Shown here: piece after piece, positions 56,205 to 64,000 of the stretch | Position numbering within the stretch: the first letter of the stretch is position 1 | Layout of the letters: each line of letters begins with the position of its first letter | Source: a virus | DNA: 64,000 nt | IMG/VR virus record: IMGVR_UViG_3300020433_000002 | Span: 1 to 64,000 of that record | Strand: one strand, 5' to 3' | The notes under the pieces: generated by a model | Database searches by the model: none | The model's input: the letters and a program-made list of their open reading frames with translations, nothing else | Told to the model about the DNA's origin: nothing | Position numbers and translations under genes: made by a program

Positions 56205-59200
56205 ATGCCTCTGAATAAATTAGATAATTTCATAAAGAACACTGAAGGCCGTATTCTTTATGTGAGTCCAAGCGATTTAGACTCAACCGATAGTATTAGT
56301 AATGAAGGTAATTCTCTTGCTAGACCATTTAAGACCGTTCAAAGAGCACTGCTAGAAGCGGCTAGATTTTCTTATGTTAAAGGAAGAAGTAATGATGAGA
56401 TAGCTAAAACCACTATAGTATTATATCCTGGTGAGCATATTATTGATAACAGGCCAGGTTATAGAATTTTTAATGAAAATGGAGTTGCTAAAGTTCAACC
56501 AGCTGGTGGTGGAACAGTATCTAATGCATTAACAACTTTAGATTTAAACCTAACAAGTAATTTTGATTTAACACAAGCAGATAATATACTCTACAAATTT
56601 AATAGTGTTTATGGTGGTATTATTCTACCTAGAGGAACATCTATTGTTGGTATGGATCTTAGAAAAACTAGGATAAGACCTAAGTATGTTCCAAACCCAA
56701 CTGATCCAAATGTAGCTCATTCAGCAATCTTCAGAATGACTGGTACTTGCTATTTCTGGCAGTTCAGTTTATTTGATGGAGATGATTTAGGATTAGTATA
56801 TACAGACCCAGCTAACTTTGCAAAAACAGCAAGTCCAATATTCTCACACCATAAATTATCATGTTTTGAATATGCTGATGGTATCAATTTTGTAACTCTT
56901 GGTAATACCACATATGATATTACAGACCTTGATATGTATTACGCTAAGATAGGTAATGCATATAATGTAGGTTCTGGAAGAGAAATTGAAAGTACTCAGA
57001 AATATCCAGCAGATCCTCTTGCTTTCTGGCCACGAAGACCAGAATTTGAAATTGTTGGTGCTTTTGCTGCTGATCCTATCACATTAACAAGTATTAGAGC
57101 TGGAGACGAAGCAGGTGTAACTAACGTAGTTACTGCAAAAACCTCTAGAGCTCATGGATATAATGTAGGTACACCAATTAAAGTCAGGGGTGTTACTCCA
57201 ACAAACTATAATATATCTGCTACAGTTACCAGTGTAAGTAATAGTGATGATACGGTATTTACATATACATTACCGAATCCACCACTTACTCTGATTCCAG
57301 GTAATACTTCAGCAGCAACAGTAACAGTTGAAACTGATACTGTACTAGGTGCATCACCATATGTGTTTAACTTATCAATGCGTTCAGTCTATGGTATGAA
57401 CGGTATGAACATTGATGGTTCAAAGGCCACAGGATTCAAATCTATAGTTGTTGCTCAGTTTACGGGAATATCACTACAGAAAGATGATAGAGCATTTGTA
57501 AAATATAATCCAGTTGCAAGAACCTATGATGGTATTTCATTAGCATCGGTAGTTGATGGAGCAGCACTGGCAGCTGAATCATCTGCAACTGCAACAGGGG
57601 AAGCATATCATTTAGATTCTTCTGCAATTTATAGAAAGGGATGGGAAACTGCTCATATTAAACTTACTAATGATGCTGTTGCTCAGGTTGTTTCTGTTTT
57701 CGCTATTGGATTTGCAAATCATTTCCTTACAGAGAGTGGTGCTGACCAATCAATTACAAACTCCAACTCAAACTTTGGACAATTATCTCTTGTTTCTGAT
57801 GGATTTAAGAAAAATGCATTTGAGAAAGATAATAAAGCATTCATTACTTCTATCATTCCTCCAAGAAAAATAGAAACAACCAGTAAGGATCTTGACTGGT
57901 TAGCTATTGATAAGGCCAAAACACTTGCTGTTGGTGATAATGCTAAGTTATTCCTAGATGGATATACAAGTGCTGATATTTTACCACCCGTTAATACTCA
58001 AGGTTTTAAAGTAGGTGCGAAGGTAGGAGATGTTCTATTTCTACTTGTAGGTGGTAGTGAAAGATCTGCACAAATTTTAATGCCTGATGGTAGTAGTTCT
58101 GTAAAAGAATATAGAGTAAGCAGTGTTGATGAATTACTTGATAGTTTTACTATTGGTACTAATACACTAGATACTGGTGAGAAAGTTGTTATTACCAGTG
58201 ATGATGGTGATTTACCAGAGAACATAACAAATACTGAACTCTATTTTGCTATTAGAGCTGGTAGTAATGATATTAAATTAGCAGCATCCGAGACAGATGC
58301 TATTGCTGGAAAGGCAATTGATATTGCTGGTGGTACTAATCTTAGAATTTTCTCAAGAGTATCTGATAAAGTTTCTGGAGATTTAGGTCACCCAGTGCAA
58401 TTTGATGCTACTGAAGGTCAGTGGTATATTAATACTAATAATAGTAGTGGTTCTGGTGGAATATATGCTGCTTTAAGCACTGTGGGACTAATCCCAGAAG
58501 ATGTTACTACTGCTACGTTTATCAAGAGAATTGATGATACAAGAAGTTTAGATGAAAAAGTTTATAAGATAAGGGTTGTAATACCTAAGGAACTACAAAA
58601 TGCTAAGAATCCAGAAAATGGATTCGTAATACAGGAATCAAGTAGTACAGGTGCTAGATCTGACGCAGACTTTACCTTTAATAATACTCTAACAACGAGT
58701 GATTATGAATTTGATAAGAATCCAAGATTTATTGCTACATGTAATTCTTCATCTACAACTGGTATCTGTTCTATTAGATCAGAGTTACCTCATAATGTAA
58801 CTGAGGGTGATACTATTATTGTTAAAAATGTAACTGATAGTGTTAATACCACTGGTGTTGCTAATACAGGATATAATGGAACATATAAAGTATTGACTGT
58901 GCATAATTCCATGGAATTTGCATATCAACCCACTACTTTACATGGTCTTAAGTCTACGAACGATACATCACAAAGAGATCTAACATTACCTAGATTTGAA
59001 AAGAATAATCTACAGACAAACCTTTATATCTACAGAGCTCTAAAGATCTCAAATTATGTTCAAGATAAGCAAGATGGAGTATATCACATCTATGCACTAT
59101 CATCAGATCATACAATTGATACTGAGTTTCTTGACTATAGATACAGTCAAAACGTATCTGACTTATATCCACAGTTAGATAGAGATAATCCAGACGATAA

Positions 59201-61844
59201 CCCTAAAGCATCAAAATCTTATGCTTTAAGATCTCCTATTGGTGATGTTTCTACTAATGATCTTAAAAAGAGTTTGACCAGAGAAAGTACAGACTCCTTT
59301 ATTAAAGCATTGGGTATAGGTATTACTTTATCAAATGCTCCAACTGGTGCAAACCCAACACTAACCTTTAGTAGAAGACATGGATATGCAGGTATTGTAA
59401 CTGGATCTATAACTAATCAAGGTAATAGTTATGCTGATGGTGAATATTTCAACATAAAATTATTAAATTCCTCAATAAGTGGCCCTTGGAGAGGTGCTAC
59501 TGCTAGAGTAAGTATTGCTTCTAGTCAAATTACCAGTGTAGATATTCAATCAAAAGGTGCTGGATATGCTGCTGGTGATTTATATTTTGATCCAACATTT
59601 ATTGGTGGTGATGGAACTGCTAGATATTCAATTACAAATGCAGGTATTACATCTGCTGTTGGAAACGTAGCACAGTTTACTGGTATTGGTGTAACTCAAG
59701 ACCAGTACTTTAGAATAACTAGTGTTCCTAACGACACTCAGATTGCTATTGCTAAGACAGTTGGTGGCCCTGAGTTACAGGCAGGTCAATATGTATTTAA
59801 TACTGGTAGAGCAGTAGAAATTGATAGTAGTAGTTTTGATGTTACAACTGGAATAACAACATTCAATTGTGTAAACAGTCATGGTTTGGCTGCAGGTAAT
59901 AGTTTCACAATAGTTGATACAAATGAACACAATTTAGGCTCATATGTTGTTAACTCTGCTGTAGGTGTTACTACATTCAATGCAGTGACTGGAACTAGTG
60001 TAGGAGCTCCTGTATTTGCATATAAGTATGGTCTTAACTCTAACGAAAAACTTTCAGATAAATCTAATGAGAACCTAAGTGCACGTGCAGTACCTATCTT
60101 AGATAGTGAAAGTGCAACTACTATTGATTCAATTCCATCAAGTGGTATTACTACAGTTGCAGTAACAGGTGTTGATAATATAATTAGTAGATTCCCATAT
60201 GGTTCTTACATTCAAATCAATAGTGAGATAATGAGAGTTGCTTCCAAGACTATTGTTGGAAGTGATCAACTTCAAGTTATTAGAGGTGTATTTGCAACAG
60301 GTATCCAAACACACACTGCTGGTTCTGTAATTAAGAAGATTAAACCAATACCTGTTGAATTTAGAAGACCATCTATTCTTAGAGCATCTGGTCATACATT
60401 TGAATATCTTGGTTACGGGCCAGGAAACTACTCAACTGCACTTCCACAGGTTCAAGACAGAACTCTTACTGAGAAGGAAGAATTCTTAGTTCAGTCACAG
60501 GAAAAATCTGGTGGTGTTGTTGTTTACACTGGTATGAACAACAAAGGTGACTTCTATATTGGAAACCAGAAGAAATCATCTGCTACTGGTGAGGAGACAA
60601 CATTCGATACTCCAATTCCAACTGTAACTGGTGAAACACCTGCAAGATTAAGTGCTGTATTTGATGAAGTAACTGTTAAAGAAAGAATAGTTGTTGAAGG
60701 TGGTGACTCTGGAGACATTCTATCTTCCTTTGATGGCCCAACTACATTCAATAAGAGTGTTAAGATCAACAACCCTCTAAAAGTAACAGGTCAAACTCAA
60801 TTAGTTAGCCCTGTTGATTCAACCAGTAAAGAATCAGGTTCTCTTATAGTTACTGGTGGTGTTGGTATTGGTAGTAATCTCTTTGTTGCTGGTGAAAATG
60901 TTGCAATCTCAACTACAACTGGTGCAATTATTGTAGAGAAAGGTGGTGTTGGTATTGCTAAGAGCATACATGTTGGTGAAGGTGGTTTCTATGGTGGTGA
61001 GGTTCATGCTACTAAATTTGTAGGTGATGGAACTCTACTAACTGGTGTTGAAATGCCTGGTGGTTCAATAGGTACTGTATTCTATGATGGTAATTTGATT
61101 GGTTTCGGTGCAAGTACTGGAACTCCTGATATGCGGATTGGTCATGATGGAGCAAATTCTATAATTAAAGAGGAAGGTACAGGAAATCTATTCTTACAAA
61201 GTGATGGTAATGTAAAAATTACAAACGTTGGTGCAAGTCCAAGTAAGGTTTCTATTGATTGTAATACCGATGGAGCTGTACAAATAAACCATAACAACTC
61301 AATACGATTTAAGACTTACTCAGGTGGTGTTGAGATTGGTGATCAAACTTCTAATGGAAACATACGTGCTCGTGGTGATATTACTGCATACTATTCCTCT
61401 GACGCATCATTAAAAGATAATGTTCGTACTATTCATGATCCTCTTGAGAAAGTAATGCAAATTTCTGGTAATACATTTACTTGGAAAGAAAATGATGCTG
61501 GTCATGAAGGTGAGGATACTGGTGTAATTGCACAAGAAATTGAAGCACTTGGATTACCAGGAATTGTTATTACCAGAGAAAATGGTAAGAAAGCAGTTCG
61601 TTATGAAAAATTAGTTCCACTTCTTATTGAAGCAATTAAGGAACTTAGCACAAAACTTGAAGTGCTTGCTGCTACACCAGACATTATGGCTGCTGTAGGA
61701 ATGCTTAATGATATCACACAAGATAGAAATAAGATGATGGAAGAGAGATTGGAAAGGCAAAACCAATCTAAAAAGGATACTGGAAATCCTAATCAAGGCC
61801 CTGTCGGATGGTCGGAACCAATTCCACCCAAAGACGGAATATAA
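56205..61844 (+). CDS. Large tail fibre/virion protein with C-terminal S74 chaperone domain
   Basis: MPLNKLDNFIKN...RPFKTVQRALLEAARFSY cyanophage structural N-terminus; SSDASLKDNV...GVIAQEIE...VRYEKLVPLLIEAIKEL. Confidence 0.85.
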   Translation: MPLNKLDNFIKNTEGRILYVSPSDLDSTDSISNEGNSLARPFKTVQRALLEAARFSYVKGRSNDEIAKTTIVLYPGEHIIDNRPGYRIFNENGVAKVQPAGGGTVSNALTTLDLNLTSNFDLTQADNILYKFNSVYGGIILPRGTSIVGMDLRKTRIRPKYVPNPTDPNVAHSAIFRMTGTCYFWQFSLFDGDDLGLVYTDPANFAKTASPIFSHHKLSCFEYADGINFVTLGNTTYDITDLDMYYAKIGNAYNVGSGREIESTQKYPADPLAFWPRRPEFEIVGAFAADPITLTSIRAGDEAGVTNVVTAKTSRAHGYNVGTPIKVRGVTPTNYNISATVTSVSNSDDTVFTYTLPNPPLTLIPGNTSAATVTVETDTVLGASPYVFNLSMRSVYGMNGMNIDGSKATGFKSIVVAQFTGISLQKDDRAFVKYNPVARTYDGISLASVVDGAALAAESSATATGEAYHLDSSAIYRKGWETAHIKLTNDAVAQVVSVFAIGFANHFLTESGADQSITNSNSNFGQLSLVSDGFKKNAFEKDNKAFITSIIPPRKIETTSKDLDWLAIDKAKTLAVGDNAKLFLDGYTSADILPPVNTQGFKVGAKVGDVLFLLVGGSERSAQILMPDGSSSVKEYRVSSVDELLDSFTIGTNTLDTGEKVVITSDDGDLPENITNTELYFAIRAGSNDIKLAASETDAIAGKAIDIAGGTNLRIFSRVSDKVSGDLGHPVQFDATEGQWYINTNNSSGSGGIYAALSTVGLIPEDVTTATFIKRIDDTRSLDEKVYKIRVVIPKELQNAKNPENGFVIQESSSTGARSDADFTFNNTLTTSDYEFDKNPRFIATCNSSSTTGICSIRSELPHNVTEGDTIIVKNVTDSVNTTGVANTGYNGTYKVLTVHNSMEFAYQPTTLHGLKSTNDTSQRDLTLPRFEKNNLQTNLYIYRALKISNYVQDKQDGVYHIYALSSDHTIDTEFLDYRYSQNVSDLYPQLDRDNPDDNPKASKSYALRSPIGDVSTNDLKKSLTRESTDSFIKALGIGITLSNAPTGANPTLTFSRRHGYAGIVTGSITNQGNSYADGEYFNIKLLNSSISGPWRGATARVSIASSQITSVDIQSKGAGYAAGDLYFDPTFIGGDGTARYSITNAGITSAVGNVAQFTGIGVTQDQYFRITSVPNDTQIAIAKTVGGPELQAGQYVFNTGRAVEIDSSSFDVTTGITTFNCVNSHGLAAGNSFTIVDTNEHNLGSYVVNSAVGVTTFNAVTGTSVGAPVFAYKYGLNSNEKLSDKSNENLSARAVPILDSESATTIDSIPSSGITTVAVTGVDNIISRFPYGSYIQINSEIMRVASKTIVGSDQLQVIRGVFATGIQTHTAGSVIKKIKPIPVEFRRPSILRASGHTFEYLGYGPGNYSTALPQVQDRTLTEKEEFLVQSQEKSGGVVVYTGMNNKGDFYIGNQKKSSATGEETTFDTPIPTVTGETPARLSAVFDEVTVKERIVVEGGDSGDILSSFDGPTTFNKSVKINNPLKVTGQTQLVSPVDSTSKESGSLIVTGGVGIGSNLFVAGENVAISTTTGAIIVEKGGVGIAKSIHVGEGGFYGGEVHATKFVGDGTLLTGVEMPGGSIGTVFYDGNLIGFGASTGTPDMRIGHDGANSIIKEEGTGNLFLQSDGNVKITNVGASPSKVSIDCNTDGAVQINHNNSIRFKTYSGGVEIGDQTSNGNIRARGDITAYYSSDASLKDNVRTIHDPLEKVMQISGNTFTWKENDAGHEGEDTGVIAQEIEALGLPGIVITRENGKKAVRYEKLVPLLIEAIKELSTKLEVLAATPDIMAAVGMLNDITQDRNKMMEERLERQNQSKKDTGNPNQGPVGWSEPIPPKDGI

Positions 61845-61866
61845 ATAACAATAAAATCTAGGCTCA

Positions 61867-63861
61867 ATGGCAAATTATAATAAGTCATTTAATTTCAGAA
61901 ATGGTGTACAGGTTGATAGTGATAACTTCATAGTCAACGCTAGTGGCTTGGTTGGAATTGGAACGTCAATTCCAATACGATTCCTAGATGTCCACGGAAC
62001 CTCTGCTCTGCGTGGTCAGACAGACGTTACTGGAATAACAAGTACTAGTGCTTTACGTGTTGCGGGAATCGCTACATTCCATGGTGATGTTGGTATAGGA
62101 ACCACAAATCCTACAGGTAATGCGTTAATGGGGAACACCAATGTACTTAATGTTGGTGTTGTAACTGCTAATTATTTCTATGGTAGTGGTTTGTATATGG
62201 ATGATATTGTCGGTTTCACAACCGATGGTTGGATTGTTCATCAAGCTAAAAATACTGTTGGTACAAGAACTGGTATTGCTACACACTTAAAGGTTGGTAT
62301 TGGAACAACTGAAGCAGATAATGCTTATGATTTAATGATTGGACAGAATCCAACAACTGCTGGTCTAGAAGGTATTGGATTTATAGGAGAGACAGGAGAT
62401 AGTTCAGGTTTTGGTAATCAAATAATAATGAGTGGCCAAATAAAGGCAAACTCTTTTGTTGGTATTGGTACTGAATTAACACAATTAAATGCAAGTTATC
62501 TTGCAAGTGGTACGATTAGTAATAATAGACTTCCAGTAATAGATAACACTAAGTTTCCTGATCCAACTATTCTTAATAGTGGTAATGGTACATTACGGGC
62601 TAAATTTGTAAACTTAGATGCGTCAGTAGGTGTTGTAACCGCAGGTATATTCACAGGTACATCTTCTAAATTCTATGGTCAGCATATTGGTGATGTAACT
62701 GGTAATGCCGATACTGCAACTACATTGAATAGTAATTCAAATGTAAAAACTTCTGGAACATTAGATGCAAGAACACAAGTTGGTGCAGCATTAAGTGTTT
62801 CTGAATCAATAGGTCTTTGTACATCATCCCCTAATGGTGAATTACATATATGTGGGGTTGATACAACTGGTGCAGCTACTATACAAGTAACAAGCCCTGA
62901 GCAAGCATCTCAATTAATCTTAGGATTAAATGCTAATGCACAGGATAATAACAATGGAATCCTTCAGTATGGTAATAGAAGTGCAGGGTTACCATATAGT
63001 CAGCCAGGTTCACTAGATCTTATTAACTATAGTAATGGTACTCATCAGGGTAATGTTAACTTCTACTGTGATGGTGGTGGTGTTGGAGTTAATACAGGAA
63101 GTTTCTACTGGCATGGTGATGGTTCTACTAGATTAGCGGCTCTTACTTATGAAGGTAATTTTGGTATAGGAGTTACAAATCCACAACTGAAGCTAGAAGT
63201 CAATGGTATAGGTACATTTGTAAGTAGTGCATTTGTTGGTTATGATCTTCAAGTTTCTAATGATTTGAGGGTTATGAGTGGTGTTGCAACTGCTCCTGCA
63301 TTTATAGGAAACTTCTATGGTGCGGATTCAACAAGTGTCGTTGACATTACATCTATTGGTTGTACAAACTTAAATGTAGCTGGTGTTACTACTATTAGTT
63401 ACATAAGTTTAGGTATTGGTGGTACTATCCTTATTGGTGACCAAATGCAATTATATGGTGATGCTGCTTCACAGGGGAATTTAATTATCTCTGATGGTAG
63501 TGGAGAAGGTGGTAATATGAGTTGGTTTGATGATAGTGGTTATCTTGGTATCAAAACTGATACTAATTATTCAGATGCTTCAGGGCCAGGTTCTATTGGA
63601 CTTGCTTGTGATCGAGGTGCAATATTCCGTACATTTATTGGTGTTGGTCGAACTAGCCCAACAGCTGGTGTTGACTTCTCAACTGCTAGTGACGACATCA
63701 CAAGAAGATTCATGGTGTTACCAAAACTTACTACTACCCAAAGAAATAACTTAGCTGGTGCAGCAGTCACTGATGGTGCCTTGATTTATAATATCACTAC
63801 AGATCATTTGCAGTTTTATAATGGATCTTCTTGGAGAGAAATAACTGATACATCCGCATAA
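61867..63861 (+). CDS. Tail fibre-like protein
   Basis: FNFRNGVQVD, repeated VGIGT, C-terminal LPKLTTTQRN...GALIYN...LQFYNG..W. Confidence 0.8.
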   Translation: MANYNKSFNFRNGVQVDSDNFIVNASGLVGIGTSIPIRFLDVHGTSALRGQTDVTGITSTSALRVAGIATFHGDVGIGTTNPTGNALMGNTNVLNVGVVTANYFYGSGLYMDDIVGFTTDGWIVHQAKNTVGTRTGIATHLKVGIGTTEADNAYDLMIGQNPTTAGLEGIGFIGETGDSSGFGNQIIMSGQIKANSFVGIGTELTQLNASYLASGTISNNRLPVIDNTKFPDPTILNSGNGTLRAKFVNLDASVGVVTAGIFTGTSSKFYGQHIGDVTGNADTATTLNSNSNVKTSGTLDARTQVGAALSVSESIGLCTSSPNGELHICGVDTTGAATIQVTSPEQASQLILGLNANAQDNNNGILQYGNRSAGLPYSQPGSLDLINYSNGTHQGNVNFYCDGGGVGVNTGSFYWHGDGSTRLAALTYEGNFGIGVTNPQLKLEVNGIGTFVSSAFVGYDLQVSNDLRVMSGVATAPAFIGNFYGADSTSVVDITSIGCTNLNVAGVTTISYISLGIGGTILIGDQMQLYGDAASQGNLIISDGSGEGGNMSWFDDSGYLGIKTDTNYSDASGPGSIGLACDRGAIFRTFIGVGRTSPTAGVDFSTASDDITRRFMVLPKLTTTQRNNLAGAAVTDGALIYNITTDHLQFYNGSSWREITDTSA

Positions 63862-63864
63862 ACT

Positions 63865-64000
63865 ATGGTATTACAAAGTTCTGGAGCAATCTCCTACAGC
63901 GACATCAAAAATGAGTTTGGTGAACCAACCAATAAAAATCTTGGTGCATATAGAGTTTCACAAACTATTGGTGGATTATCTAATAGACCTCTAGACACTG
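63865..64000 (+). CDS. Fibre tip/adhesin-like protein, N-terminus (partial)
   Basis: MVLQSSGAISYSDIKNEFG..., runs off the window. Confidence 0.6.
   Translation, partial: MVLQSSGAISYSDIKNEFGEPTNKNLGAYRVSQTIGGLSNRPLDT

Noticed and set aside
67-63770. Many antisense and alternate-frame ORFs nested in long genes
   Set aside because: Shadow ORFs expected from codon bias; no RBS or recognisable motifs.
1-64000. tRNA or rRNA genes
   Set aside because: No cloverleaf or T-loop pattern seen in the few intergenic gaps.
1-64000. Scarcity of GCGC and CCGG as further restriction avoidance
   Set aside because: CG dinucleotides are generally rare here; cannot separate from background without counting.

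Overview
A 64-kb AT-rich segment of a T4-like marine cyanomyovirus, most likely infecting Prochlorococcus. Order: (i) 1-7.7 kb, auxiliary metabolic block (end of psbA, psbD, 2OG-Fe(II) oxygenases, gcvP, purN, small ORFs, HNH endonuclease); (ii) 7.8-31.1 kb, late-promoter island of very large fibre/virion proteins, including an S8 subtilase, Cys-rich 14-aa repeat fibres, an S74 chaperone domain and cupredoxin-like domains; (iii) 31.1-34.6 kb, sulfotransferase / GT9-like glycosyltransferase / NodU-type carbamoyltransferase operon; (iv) 34.6-43.5 kb, T4 core and cyanophage genes (glutaredoxin, tandem glutamine-riboswitch-like RNA plus YRG peptide, thyX, phoH, exonuclease, gp33, gp59, gp32); (v) 43.5-64 kb, baseplate/tail module (gp53, 48, 2, 4, 54-like, 26, 51, tape-measure-like, 27-like, split gp5, large fibres). 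Best leads: a complete -1 ribosomal frameshift cassette (internal SD, T_TTT_TTC, hairpin) that would fuse gp26 to a start-less gp51 just before the tape-measure-like gene, as in lambda G/GT; a nitrogen-sensing unit (NtcA-like box, tandem glutamine aptamers, GS-inactivating-factor-like peptide); a three-enzyme decoration operon beside the fibres; apparent total avoidance of GGWCC; and a type-1 copper-site motif in a tail fibre. All calls come from motif recognition by eye; no database searches were run.
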